A stretch of DNA of 64,000 bases, taken from the NCBI GenBank assembly GCA_964270895.1, contig OZ185439.1; one strand, 5' to 3'. The notes under the pieces were generated by a model, which worked only from the letters and a program-made list of their open reading frames with translations, was not told the origin of the DNA and ran no database searches. Source of the DNA: Podarcis filfolensis. Taxonomy: Eukaryota. A program made the translations under genes and the position numbers. This document shows positions 24,000 to 36,079 of the stretch, piece after piece (within the stretch, counting starts at the first letter, position 1; each line of letters opens with the position of its first letter).

Positions 24000-26900
24000 A
24001 AGCTCTGAACTTTGTACAGATGATGCTGTGGAGAGACTTTGGCAGCACAGTTCTCCAGCTTCTCCTCACATGTCTGCTTACATGTGAAGCCTGAATACCC
24101 AAACAGGGACTGTGTAAAAGAAGGTGGGCAAACCAGTTCAAGCAACTGCTTCTGTGCCAGATACCTCACACTTTCCAACTGCAGAACATCAACTGGCAGC
24201 AGAATTGCCAGTCCCTGTGCAAACGTACTGGAGCATTATATGTGTGGGTTGGGAATCATTTAAGGGCAAAATTTGGGACTTCCCATCAGTTAAACCTTGG
24301 GTTCTTATGTTGACACGCTGACAGTCCTTCGTTCCCAACATTTCACTAAATGAAGAGCGCCAACAGAAGCCCTGTGAAAGCACTGCCCGGCAGGACTAGC
24401 GCAGCATCTTCCTCCTCCCCCTCCAGCTTAAAAGGGCTTCAGCCTTTGTTGGTGGGAAAATGCCAGCTGAACTCAGTCCACGTAGCTTCTTCCCATCACT
24501 CCCATTTTGTTGTTAGATGGGAACTGTGAAATATGCCCTGCCATTTCCTCTGCAGTTTTTTCCATCAAGCATCTCCTTTTCTACTGCTATATTTGTGTTA
24601 CACAAAAAAATGCAGAACAATATGCCCAATTTTGTAATCCAAGACCGGGATTGTAGAAGAACAGAGGGGAAAGGGGGTGGATAGTAGGACTTTGTGTGCC
24701 ATAGAAACTGCCACCTTGTTTGGTGCCACTAACTCCCCCCTTCCCCATAGTTTCCCCAGGAAACCAGATTCTACATTATGCGTAGCATGTATAGCAAGGG
24801 TGAGGAACCTGCCCCCCCCACCAGGTGGTGTTAGGACTCCCAACTCCTGTTAGTAACAGTGACCATTGTCAATTGTCAGGAACAATGAGCCTTGTAGTCC
24901 AACATCTAGAGCAGGGGTAGCTACCCTTGGCTCTCCATATGTTGATGAACTTCAGTTCCCATCATCCCCAGCTATTGGTCATGTTGGCTAGGCATGATGG
25001 GATCTGGGAGTCCAGCAACACCCAAAGTACAGAATAATCTTAGCTTTGATTAAAAGGCACACAGTACTTTCTGACCCTGAAGACACCTAATATACGCCAT
25101 ACAGCATAGCACTTTCCTTTAGGGTTGGTTTCATTTCATGCATAAACTAATTTGTCTTGCTGGACAATTGCTTCCTTAAACCCATTTCATTTCCTGCAGC
25201 TCTCCTCCATTTTAGAGCAGGAAAAAAATAATTATATCTGGCTTTATCTCACAAAGATGTGCAAAAAGGGTATTTTGTGCTACTGTAGCTTACTTTAGAA
25301 CATACTGTTTTTCAGAAGTCTGTTGGCTGCCCTAGCTGTCTCAGAGCAGTAGTGTGCTGTATTCTTAACTAATCTCTCTATGTGTTTTGTAGGGTACAAA
25401 GTGGCCTTTTTGCCTATATGAACAAGCCATTTCAGAAGCAATTAATTTAGAATGCTTTGCTAAAGTTTAGCTAACTTGGAAATGCAAGCAATGGAAGTCG
25501 ACTGACTCCTTTGAAAGCATCTTTTTGCCTTATCTCAGCATACTTCATGCCAGTGCCGTCACATTCACCCACCTTTCAGACTGCCAGTCCCGAGAACTAG
25601 TTTTCCAACGCCATAGATTTGTGATTCCCACAAGTAGCAAAATACTGGCTGCAAGTAAGAGGCCCAGCAGGCCCAGCCGCTGACGGAGACAAAGGCTCAC
25701 TGAAGGCACTGTGAAGTGCCAAGATGCTGGACACAGGCAGGAAAAACTGATCCTGGAAGAGGGGATAAATCAGATTAAACAGTTGTTAAACGTCTAGCAA
25801 AGCCTCATCAGTCAGCCACAGGTACTTGCCAACAAAATGATCTTAGAAATCCAAGTGCTAAAGCTTCCAATGTACACAGCTAAACCAGCTTAGCCTACAG
25901 CTGGAAGTTTGGAACAGGAAGATCCTTCTTCCAAAGCAGCTGGGAATGTAACAAGGAGCAGATGGGACCCATGTGAGTACTGAGTGCTGCAGTCTGAAAA
26001 GGACATTTTAATGGCATTGGCAACCTTGCATCTAAACAAGCCTATTGACTCAGCCAGCAATAGCTTGCAATTAATCACCAACAATGCAAGCCTATGCATG
26101 TTCATTCAGAAGTACATCCTACTATATTCATTGGGCTTACTCCCCGGGATTGCAGCCATAATCATTAACACAGATTTGTGGCATGGCACGCATGACGTAC
26201 ATTGTACATTTTCAATCTTTCCTAACTTGCAGGTGAATCTCTGCTACTCTGTTCTTCGTTCCCACTTCCCCTTTCCCAACCATTCATTTGGGACTTGAAT
26301 AATAATGGGGTTAAAGTGCTGGGAAACAATCACAGATACTCTGCAGAGACTATGTGGAAACACTCAGGCTGCCCTTCTACCCTGCACCGATTAGCACCAA
26401 GCTGTGATCTTTGAACTTAAGTGGCTGCTAGCCAGGTTGGCTGTAACAGCAGAGGTTTTTAAGACATACCAGCCTCACAGAGGGAGCAAGGGAAGAGGCT
26501 GACAGCGTCACTGTAACTAGGGTCATCAGGGGAAAGGGAGCAGAAGAGAAGAGTAGATAACGCTGTGTGTATCCCAATCTCTGAGCGGCAAGAGAAGATC
26601 GTGCCATGAGAACAAATCAAAAGGCAACGCCAAAGCTTTCAGGAAGAATCCCTGCAGCAAAGCTGTTCTAAATGCAAAACCCCTGTCCCAAAGCCATGCC
26701 AATCAACACGCAATCTCGAACCCAGATCAGTGCTGGGCTATATCTGGTTTTCAGATCAAGAGTTCTTTGTTGAGATCCTTCCATTTCTTTGTTGGTCTCC
26801 CCCTGCGCTTGTGGGTCAGGGGTCTCAAACTCCAGGCCCCAAGGCTCCCACAGCGCACCTGCTCTTCCAGTGGCATCAAGGTCGCCACCGCCCTGCCTAG

Positions 26901-27034
26901 CAGCCGGGAAGCAGCCCACGCCCACGGGGTACGACGACGAGGAGGAGGAGGAGGAGGAAGCCGGCAACGCCGGAAAGGAGACCGTGTGGGCAATTCGTTG
27001 TGGGACCCGCGATCCCATCACCTCACCTGGCCAT
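16153..27034 (-). CDS. ENTPD7: Ectonucleoside triphosphate diphosphohydrolase 7 (607 aa, 12 coding exons)
   Basis: complement(join 27027..27034, 25573..25752, 21374..21579, 21097..21247, 19501..19604, 18962..19018, 18448..18596, 18179..18345, 17575..17899, 17408..17493, 17084..17245, 16153..16381) = 1824 nt, phases consistent. Starts MARISFSCLCPASWHF; apyrase conserved regions IDCGSSGSR, CTAGMRLL, SGKQEGVYSW, DMGGASLQI and QWTLGAIL are intact; N- and C-terminal transmembrane segments present. Confidence 0.96.
19261..19445 (-). mobile_element. L2-type LINE 3' tail
   Basis: Reverse complement reads ttagccgccctgagcccggccttggctgggg..ggggtataaataaa followed by (TTA/TTG)n. Confidence 0.65.
19992..20407 (+). 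mobile_element. L2 LINE 3' end, interrupted by a BovB fragment
   Basis: gagggccttctggcggttccctcactg..agggccttctcggtagtgg..gccacccagagtgg..gatgggcggg..aataaa followed by an (ATT)n tail. Confidence 0.75.
20188..20294 (+). mobile_element. BovB (RTE) LINE extreme 3' fragment
   Basis: cctggcgtgctctggtccatgaggtcacgaagagtcagacacgactaaatgactaaacaa matches the BovB terminus; 11-bp TSD AATGTTCTGTT at 20177-20187 and 20295-20305. Confidence 0.8.
23951..24000. repeat. (GA)n/(GAAA) microsatellite
   Basis: Direct reading; ENTPD7 intron. Confidence 0.9.
24795..25027. mobile_element. Two adjacent degenerate short hAT-type palindromic MITEs
   Basis: caagggtgaggaacct/caggggtagctaccct starts and actc(c)caactcc..ccatcatcccca..gatggga..agtcca cores, the same family as 51529-51648. 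Confidence 0.5.
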
Positions 27035-27266
27035 GTGCTCGCCCCGCAGTCTGTCAGCTTCCAGTGCGGGTCCCAGGAGGAAGTAGCATCTCTTTCGGCT
27101 CCTCCAAGTTGCGGGATGATCCTGAACCCTGAAAAAGGAAGGAAGAGAGGGAGTGGTTAAACCAGGGATCAGCGCCGACGACCTTCCCGCCTCTACCCCC
27201 TGAAAGGGCCACAAAATTGGTCCTTTAATTAATGCTCCACATTTCATCCCATGCTGAGATCAGCTT

Positions 27267-27269
<3 letters not shown>

Positions 27270-27318
<49 letters not shown>
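27270..27318. repeat. (AG)n microsatellite
   Basis: About 24 perfect AG units in the first (5'UTR) intron of ENTPD7, within the CpG island. Confidence 0.95.
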
Positions 27319-27319
<1 letters not shown>

Positions 27320-27424
27320 GCGCCTCTGGCCGCAGAGCAGGCTCCTCCGCCCGGCAGTGCCGCGGTTCCCCTTCCACACAGGCAGCGCTCCTTTCCCCCC
27401 GCTTCCCCGGAGAGCCCGACTTAC

Positions 27425-27520
27425 CGCTTCCTTCGCCCCGCGCTCGCCGTCCGGCGCCACGACTTCGTCGGCCCTTTGCTCCAGCCACGTCCCCAGGGCG
27501 ACCGGGCTGGGCGGCAGCCA
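27425..27520 (-). other. ENTPD7: Probable non-coding first exon of ENTPD7
   Basis: Consensus donor GCG|GTAAGT at 27425/27424 inside the CpG island; acceptor for the ATG-containing exon at about 27128. The TSS is approximate. Confidence 0.55.
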
Positions 27521-28322
27521 ATGGCAGAGCCCGGGTAAGGTTGACGCAACGGAACCGAGTCGGCCTGGGCTCCGCCTCCCGCGGCGGGCAGCCAACCAGC
27601 TGCGCTTTCCGAAGGGCACGCCGCGCTTTCCAGGACGGGACCCGATACTCTCCTCAAGTGTCATTCAGTAATTTCCAGCACGTCACAAGCTCTGGGCCAA
27701 CCCGGCGAGGGTCATTCGGGCGGGTTTTCGTTACGTCATGCGTATATTGCCCAATTCGTAGGCCCAAGGGTGGCTTTTCAACGTACACCTCCTTTTTTTT
27801 TGTGGGCCTCGTCTTCGCCGGAACGCGCAGGCGCCCTGTTGCCCATTCGCAGCCCCCAGTCAACTCTCACACTGCATGTTTGGTCCACCAATGTACAGGC
27901 ATATTCTTCCCACGGCAACGTCATCACTGAAAGCAAGCCAACCAACATCCACAAACAAACCCCACGCACCATAGAAAACTGCGCAGCCTTATTACAAGCC
28001 TGTCAGTTTGAACGGCAGGCATCGTAGCCAATACCTTTCTCCTTTTCCTCACGTATCTTGAATAAAGCGGAAAAGTAGCCAATCGGGTGAGGAACGAACG
28101 AAAGGTCAAAGAGGTATTGCCCAATATCCTCTCTGGATAGGCGGGAGACAGGACGGACGTTAGCCAATGGAAGAGAGCGTGAGTCGCAGCCTACCAATAG
28201 ACATTGGCTCGGGGCGGCGCGAAAACCGTCCGCCGCCAATGAGTGACATCCATGGGCGGGGCGGACAGCGCGGGAGCCGCAGGACCGAGTGTGCAGCCCG
28301 CAACGGACTCGACGGCGGTGCC
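27500..28322. promoter_or_regulatory. Divergent ENTPD7/SLC25A28 promoter with CCAAT-box array
   Basis: CCAAT at 27518, 27751, 27888, 28028, 28079, 28121, 28164, 28194 and 28236, plus ATTGG at 28203; CRE-like TTACGTCA near 27731; E2F consensus GGCGCGAAAA at 28216-28225; within a CpG island of about 26860-29050. Confidence 0.75.
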
Positions 28323-31300
28323 ATGGAGCTCGGGGCGGGCGGCGCGGCGGGGCCCGGGCAGCGCGGTGGGGCAGAGCCGGGCCGCCAGCTCCTCCTGCTG
28401 CTGGGCGGGGGCGACGGTGGAGGGGCGGGTTGGGCGTGGCCCGCGGGGGGTGGCGGGGCGGGAGGGACTGGCACGGACACGGAGGCCGGCCCGGAGCCGG
28501 ACTACGAGGCCCTCCCGCGGGGCTCCGCCGCCTCCACCCACATGCTCGCAGGGGCTGTGGCGGGGGTGCTGGAGCACAGCATCATGTACCCGGTGGACTG
28601 TGTCAAGGTGAGAACGGGCGCCGAGCTGCTCTCCGGGAGCAGGGCGGGTGCTGGCGGGGGGCGGGGAGCTGAGACGAGACGCGGGAGTCCCTGGGCAGGA
28701 CCTGAGAGCGGTTAACCGGCACACGATCTTCATTAGTGTTGCACTTTAATCCGCATCACCGGACGGTCCGACTAGATCCGAATTTGGCAAAAAGGGGGGG
28801 GGGACCAGAGTTGACAGAAAGGCGAAGGATGTGTCCCCCGATGAATGCGATGGAGCTAACGACTTCGGGGAGGGATGGATCAAACACGTTCTCGGCTCTT
28901 TTGCTGGCTAATGGCATAAGTGCCAACGAACGATCACTTGACAGGAGAGTTATCTGTTGCCGCCACTAGTTGACAAGACGCAAGATCGGTTTCCTTGATC
29001 ACGTTTCAGGCCTTCACTTTTGCCGCCAAAGCGACCGACCTGGTTCCAGAAATATTTGGTCTCAGTCATGGGGTTGGGAGAAAGGGGTAAGGTGTGGGGG
29101 GGGGGTTGTACATACGGTAGAGTCCTGGCAGACGCGAAGGCCCTCTGGTGATCTGCAGACACCTGCAAAGGTCGCCTGCGAGCACTCATTTGTGTGCAGC
29201 CATCAAATGCAGCTGAATGGCTCTGAAAGGAAGGAGTGTCCTGGGTTGGGAGAGCTGGGTGTGGAGCGCTTACTAGGCTAAGTCCCTTGGCATATCTAAC
29301 CTGCTCCCCTCCCTGCGCTGGCAGACAAGGATGCAGAGCCTGCAACCGGAACCTGCTGCTCGCTACCGGAATGTGCTGGAGGCCCTGTGGCGGATCGTGC
29401 GGACTGAAGGGATCTGGCGACCCATGCGTGGATTGAACATCACAGCCACAGGGGCAGGCCCTGCTCATGCCTTGTATTTCGCCTGCTACGAAAAGTTGAA
29501 AAAGACACTTACCGACATTATCCATGCTGGGGGCAATAGTCACGTGGCCAACGGTATTGTCCCTTCTTGCCTCCTTGCCCCACCCTGAGGGTCCCTATGT
29601 TCCCAGCTAGGACTGTTAGTGAAATGAAGAACTGGATGCCTGGTTCTTTCTTCTTCTTCTTCTTCTTGTTTAGTCGTGTCCGTGACCCCATGGACCAGAG
29701 CACGCCAGGCACTCCTGTCTTCTTTCTTACTGCTGTTATATTGCTAACTTCTGAATCCTATTTACTATTGACATTCTTCCCTGATGCTGTGTTCTGCTTC
29801 ACTCCAAGCATTATCTAACCATGATAATTAGGAATGTAGGATTTCCCATTGACTTTTGAAAGGAATTTGTGAATAAGAAGGGATTGTGGGAATATGGGGC
29901 AGATAGCTGCAGTTTCCACCAGAGCAGACAAACTCTGTATTATGAAGATAGTTTGAAATATGATAGAAGAATGGGTGTGCTGCTGTTTGTATTTCATTTT
30001 GACTTTATATAGTGCTCTTCCTTTGAAGCAGCTGTCCCAGATATGTTCATGTTCGTATCTGCTCTTACATTTGTCCTTTTAGCATCCTCATTTTTGAGTG
30101 GGGAGAACCCCAAGCTTGCTGTAACGTGTTGTAGAGTCTGGTCTGCTTATATTTACTTTTTCACACTAGCATGCTTCTGAGGCTCCTTCATCTCTGATAG
30201 TCTGGACAGATAATAGGAAGACCCAATTAGCTGGAGATCCTAGAATTTTGGAACTAACTCGCCTGACTGAAGCTTGTTGGATGCGTTAGCAGGACGGCGG
30301 CAGAATCCTAAATAGCTGCAAGAATCCTGAATAGCTGCAAGACGGTCTTGGCTCTTCTCTGCTCTAGGAATTAAAGATGATAGATAATTTACAGTGCAAT
30401 CCTAACCATGTTTACTCAGAAGTAAGTCCTATTTAATTCAGTGGACTTACTCCCAGGTAAGTGGAGTTAGGATTGCAGTCTTAGTCTTCTGATTCCCCCG
30501 CCCCCAATCCTTCCAATGTGGGTCGAGATTAATATGATAAATATTGCCTGCACTGGAGCCTTGAATATTTCTGATATTCCCTTTCTGAAAACTGATTCTA
30601 ACTTCTCAATGAACTTTCATTCTGTCTTGGGGAGGGGGGTGTCCCTATTTGCTCGCATACACTTCTCCGGTGGCACATTGTGAGAGTTCCTTAGGTCTTC
30701 TTCCCACTTTTCACATGTAATAGTCCTTGTTTTGCAGGCGCAGCAGGCTGTGTGGCAACATTGCTTCATGATGCAGCCATGAACCCAGCAGAAGGTAATG
30801 TTGCTTCCCAGCAGTCCTGCAGCTTTCATGCAGCTTGTGCTGCTCCCTTCTTGTCACCAGGGGGTGCTTTCATGTTGCTTGTGATACAGTTCAGACATGC
30901 AGCCTTACCTGCTACAAGGGTTCTTTGGATGCAGCGGGTGGGTGGTGGACAAGACTTTGGCTGAAGCAAAAAAGCTATTTGTGTGTCTGCCCTTGCTCTT
31001 GGTGTTGAAAAAAGACATAAAAACAATATTGCAACTTGTCTTTCATATTTGTGTTCCCTACATTGTGTAGGCATAATCAGATCACATTTCAGTAACCCCC
31101 GTTTTACTTGGTGTCTCACAATTCCAGAATTGGGGCATTACTGTTTTTTCATGAGTTGTGGAGTTCTGCAGGATTTGCTGGGTGGGTAGATAGATCACAC
31201 TGAGGCAAGTTTGAGGGATGCAGGGCCCCCTGAATCTATTAAAGTGTTTACATAGAATGCACACTGTTCAGATCACTGCACTTACTTACTTATTTTTTCT

Positions 31301-31880
31301 TTGCTCCTCCCTGCCCTTCTCTCGTCTCCATGGCTGGGCTGCTGCTGTCATCTTGTGATCAGTGGTAAAGCAGAGAATGCAGATGTACAACTCTCCATAC
31401 CAGCGAGCAACAGACTGTGTACGTGCTGTATGGTGCAATGAAGGGGCGGGAGCTTTCTACCGAAGCTACACCACTCAGCTGACTATGAACATCCCCTTCC
31501 AGGCCATCCACTTCATGGCATATGAATCTTTGCAGGAACACCTCAATCCTCACAGACAGTACAACCCTAGTTCCCATATGGTGGCAGGGGCCTGTGCAGG
31601 GGCCATTGCTGCTGCTGCCACCACCCCATTGGACGTTTGCAAGACACTGCTGAATACCCAGGAGGCCCTGGCACTGAATACCAACATCAGTGGGCACATT
31701 ACAGGCATGGCTCATGCATTCAGGACGGTGTACCGCGTGGGTGGGCTGACTGCCTATTTTCGAGGGGTACAAGCACGTGTCATTTACCAGATGCCCTCCA
31801 CAGCCATTGCCTGGTCTGTGTATGAGTTCTTCAAATACATCCTTACCAAGCGAAAGGAGGAGCGATTGGCCGGGAAGTGA
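28323..31880 (+). CDS. SLC25A28: Mitoferrin-2, mitochondrial iron carrier (362 aa, 4 exons)
   Basis: join(28323..28607, 29325..29553, 30738..30794, 31363..31880) = 1089 nt. Gly-rich N-terminus MELGAGG, PDYEALP, carrier signatures YPVDCVKTRMQ, NPAEVVKQRMQ and [16 protein letters not shown] at 32295-32300. Confidence 0.97.
30392..30480. mobile_element. Palindromic 89-bp MITE (PIF/Harbinger-like)
   Basis: 12-bp inverted repeat TGCAATCCTAAC/GTTAGGATTGCA, internal AGTAAGTCC/GGACTTACT, TTA on both sides. Degenerate relatives near 16830-16920 and 40645-40700. Confidence 0.65.
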
Positions 31881-32680
31881 AATGTGACTCCACCCGCTGG
31901 ATTGGCTGGTGCCAGACTCAGATGACAAGCAAGCCTTTGGAATAACGATGCCGCCTCTTGCCTGCTGCTGCATTTTGCACAGCCCATCATCCTTCTCCCA
32001 AATGGATAGTACACAATGAGCAGCAGCTTGGCCTGCCCTTTTCTAGCCTGTCACCTAACAAGCATCTCCCTTGCCCCAAAAGTTGTAATCCTTTAAAAGA
32101 GGTGGAGACTACCATGAGCTACCATGAGCACATTGGAACTTGGGGTGATGACCTGCATACCCTGAATGGGTTGCTGTTACGACTACGTGGTGATGGAGGC
32201 AGGGGAAGTGTTAGCTGAGCTGTTGTCTAGTAGCACACACACAAACCTCATGCTCTCTGGGAAGGCTTTGATTGTTGTGGCCCTTGGCACCTCCAATAAA
32301 GTCTGCTTTATCGTCACAGCCCTTGTTTGCTCTTATTCTCCTTATCTCTTGCTCTCTTTTTAGCGGCTCTATAGGGCTTTGTTACAGGTAAGTTGGACCA
32401 ACCTATAGCAGAATGGTCTAAATTGTTTCCTCTTGTGGTAGGTGGGAGAGTAGAAGTGAGATTAGTATAATATAATGCCATATCTTGTATGACTAATATT
32501 GATTCATGAAGAACCAGCTTTCGATTGTCATTAAACAGTATTTGGAGAACATTTATGTTCCTACAGGATACCAGCACCAGGCAACTGACAGCTTTAAGTG
32601 ATTTTTGTTCCTCCCATACATATTTCAGTGGTATTCTTACCTACTAACATAGCTCAAACACACACTCTTATAGTAGCAGG

Positions 32681-32844
32681 CAGTGGCGTAGCGTGGGGGG
32701 TGCAGGGGGGGCCGAACGCACCGGGCGCAACATCTGGGGGGAGCGCTCGCACTTGCAGCTCTCTGCCCCTACTAAAATCCACGGGTTAGGGGGCGCAAAT
32801 TACTTGCCTTGCCCCGGGTGCTGACAACCCACGCTACGCCACTG
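32681..32844. mobile_element. hAT MITE
   Basis: TIR CAGTGGCGTAGCGT/ACGCTACGCCACTG; perfect 8-bp TSD GTAGCAGG (32673-32680, 32845-32852). Confidence 0.9.
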
Positions 32845-34265
32845 GTAGCAGGGGAAAAGATGCAGTGTCTGCCTCAGTCAGGTGTTCTTTCAACTGGCTT
32901 GCAGTGTCCTCCAGTAATATATATATTGTGGTGGAAAAGACACAGGTGCATGTGTGCACATATGTAAAAAAAAATAGTTCTTGTTCCTATTATCCTCTAT
33001 CACAACAGAGTAGCAATATGAAAGAGCAGAGCCAGGCTGTAGTTTGAGAACAGGCAGACAGGTGATATTGGGGAACACCATTTATCCATCTGCAGTTATA
33101 AAGCATGCATTCTCTGCTTGCCGTGTCCTATGATGCTGGCCCCTCCATGTTGCAGGAACTCCAAAAGTACGGCACTTAGGTTCCAGGTAACTTTTAACTT
33201 GGAATGGCCAACAAAGGTGACTGTGTTAATGGGCTTCATCTTACTTCTTAGGGGGGAAGTGTGACAATCTTTCCTCCTACTCTTGATCCCAAGATTTGGA
33301 ATGTGTCATTTAGGAAGAGGAAGAATACACAAATGAGGCGAATATAAACCTCTGACTGAGCCAGTGTCTTACTGAACAGCCTGTCTGCTTCCTATGTGTG
33401 CCCTTTGCCTTTTGCAGCAAGGAAAGTGAAACCTCAAAACAATACATCTGTCTTCAGTGGCTTATGATGGATATAGCCAAATTTTAGATTTTCTAATGCA
33501 TACTTTCTGTTGCATTAGGATTATGTGAGGGATGGAGAGAGAACTGATGTTTTAGAGCTTTGAAGTTGAACCGAAAGGGCAAATAGATCTTATGTTCAAA
33601 ATGCCTGTTAATACATGGGTTTGCTAGCTGTGCTTCTTGCTGACTTGATCTGTCTTGGAAGGGTAGACTTTGACAGGAAATTCTTGTCTTCCTGGGAAAG
33701 AAAAGTTGACAAGGCGGCTCACCTGTTGCGGCAATGCAGAGGAGAGCCTGGTGCTCCCTGACTGGCATTTCCCCTCAATCTTTGAGGTGGTGTAAACATT
33801 AATTTTGAGAAAATTTTCTCTGTGGCCCAGTTCACATGTAATTCAAACCATGAATAAACAAGAATGCATAAGCATGCCAGGTACAGGTGGGAAATCCTGC
33901 TGCCACACTCCTGAAACTAAGCCATGGTTTGGCTTAGTGTTCTATCCAAGCCTGGCCTTGTGGCTTGTCTTCTGCAAGCAAACCACAATTGGTAAGCCAA
34001 GAACAACCCCTAGTTGCAGCTTGTGCATTGTCAGGAGCAAGACAAACCACGAACCTCAGTATGGACATAATGCTAAGTCAAGCCATGGCTTAGATCTGGG
34101 TAGCAGGGCAACAGGAAAAACACAGAGTACCTGCACACTAGTGGAATTCCTGGCATGTGGCTTTTGCTAATTCTTTCAGGAAAACTATGGATGTGGCTTG
34201 GAACTTGTACATAACTTCCAAGTTATCAATCCCTCTTCCTGCAGTAGTGACTTAACAGGCATAAA

Positions 34266-34403
34266 CAGAGGAGCCAACTCTCTCCCCTCACCCCCAGTTA
34301 ATGGGCATTGTCATTCAAATGGTGTGTGTGCACCATGTCATGTGATCGATTATGGGGGTGGCTTACATGCCCCCCTAGTATTTTATTCAAGTTGGCACCC
34401 CTG
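34266..34403. mobile_element. hAT MITE, internally deleted relative of 36375-36558
   Basis: Ends CAGAGGAGCCAAC/GTTGGCACCCCTG; shares aatgggcattgtcattcaaatg..catgtgatcg; TSD GGCATAAA/GGCAGAAG (6/8). Confidence 0.75.
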
Positions 34404-35089
34404 GGCAGAAGGTGGGCTGGCAATGGGAGTTTCTCCCCCCCCCCTTTTCCTGGGACTAAGGTAAATGGTGGGGAGGACTGTACCTGCTTAATTACTGACA
34501 GGCTGCTGCAAAAGACAGAAGAGCAGTGCCAGTTAAAAGCTCCAGGTTCAGTCCTCAACATCTCTAGATAGGTTTGAGGATGTCCCCCACCCAAAACTCC
34601 AGAGAGCAGCTGCAAGTCAGAGCAGTTCAAGACAGACAACATCTGGAGTGCAAAGCCAGTACGATGTGTTCTGAGGATGACAGCGAGGCCCAGAGGGCTG
34701 CATTTGCCCCCTGGGCCTGAGATTCCCTACCCTGCCTTAAAGCAGGAGAATCAACTAGGCAAAAGAAATGAGCTGAATAGGATCTGTTATCTGGATCATA
34801 TTCTATTATAATTAGTGCAGCCTTATTTCCCTTCCATTCTATTCCAGGTTTATGTATTATTAATAAATACAGTAGTAAACTTTTGTCTCACTTTCTGATT
34901 TCCTTCAACACCTCTTCTGGTCTTTTCCCTTCAGGGATAAACCTTCCTTCCCTCTGTCCCCTTCCTCAAAATTTTATGTCCCCACACCAGGCTATGTTGG
35001 CTTGAGGCTGATGGGAGTTGGGAGTCGTGTCCAACAACGTAAACCTTAACCTGATCTTTTATTCCACTTCCTTCCCTCCCACCCCCCTT

Positions 35090-35380
35090 TTTATGAAGAT
35101 TACCCGCTCTGGGATCCCAAAGCTAATTCTCCCTTGGTCTCCTCGCTGGCCCAAATAAGGACTAATTTAGCCAGCTAGCCCTGGTGATCATCTAATGTTT
35201 ATTGGATGGATTTCCCCCTAAACTGATTTTGAATTTTGAATTTATTGTTATTCACGTTTTGTACTGTATTTTATGCTGTTTCGTTGCATCAATTAAGTGT
35301 TTTAAATTTTGTTATTAGTCGCCCTGAGCCCGGTTTTCTGAACCGGGAAGGGCGGGGTATAAATAAAATTTTATTTATTT
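35090..35380 (+). mobile_element. L2-type LINE 3' end
   Basis: Ends in tagtcgccctgagcccgg..gggaagggcggggtataaataaa, as at 19261-19445. The 5' boundary is approximate. Confidence 0.6.
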
Positions 35381-35396
35381 AACAACGTCTTTAGAG

Positions 35397-35560
35397 AGTA
35401 GAATCATAGAATCCTGGAGTAGCGTTGGAAGGGATCCCGAGTGTCATCTAGTCCAATGCCCTGCAATGCAAGAATCTCACCCACAGCTGTTCCTGGGTTG
35501 GCTGGAACCACCAACTTCTGGTTAATAGCCAGAGGCACTGATCAATTGCATCGCAGAGGT
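35397..35560 (-). mobile_element. tRNA-derived SINE with CR1-type tail
   Basis: Reverse complement has a tRNA-Asn-like head (ggctattaaccagaagttggtggttccagcc) and a CR1 tail ggactagatgac..cccttccaac..ggattctatgattct. Confidence 0.7.
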
Positions 35561-36079
35561 TTAAAATCTGGTCAAAGGGATGTGTGTCATTTGCCAACTG
35601 CCTCACAGCACACTCAGACTGTGATTCAGGGTTATGGGAGTGACAACTGCCTCTTTTCCCATCACCCCAACTTCCTCAGGATCGCCAAGACCTAAAGAAA
35701 GGAGGCAAAGCGACTCCTACAGTAACCCCACCACCAACGGAGTGATAAGCAGATCCCTAAAAGTTTTCCCTCTGGTGGGCAGCAAATGCAATCTCTTTTT
35801 ACCCATTGGACTTTTTACCTCAGGATCCCTTCCAACTCTGTGATTATATGGCTCCCCCCGCCCCGCCCAGCCCCCTCATTCCTTCGGTTAATATTGTGGG
35901 CAGCATTAAGCAAACTGCTGGTACAGTATCCGGGAGGTCTATTTGGGTGCGACCCCTCGTGGTTTCTTTCTTGTTCACCAAAATTACTGTACTTTTTTCA
36001 TTCCGTCTCCCTGGCCAACTAATTCAGTGGCGGTCGGATGGTGGTGCCCATCTACAACAGGCAGGGAAGAAAGCAGGAA

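Noticed and set aside
26789-27160. ORF with acidic run YDDEEEEEEE
   Set aside because: Produced by a (GAC/GAG)n microsatellite in the CpG island, antisense to the ENTPD7 exon 2/intron; no homology recognised.
30302-30339. 19-bp tandem duplication in SLC25A28 intron 2
   Set aside because: Simple slippage duplication with no sign of function; not CRISPR-like.
31350-31372. CAGTGG as a possible iron-responsive-element loop in SLC25A28
   Set aside because: No complementary stem or C-bulge, and it spans the splice acceptor.
31359-31973. 204-aa minus-strand ORF
   Set aside because: Antisense shadow of SLC25A28 exon 4.
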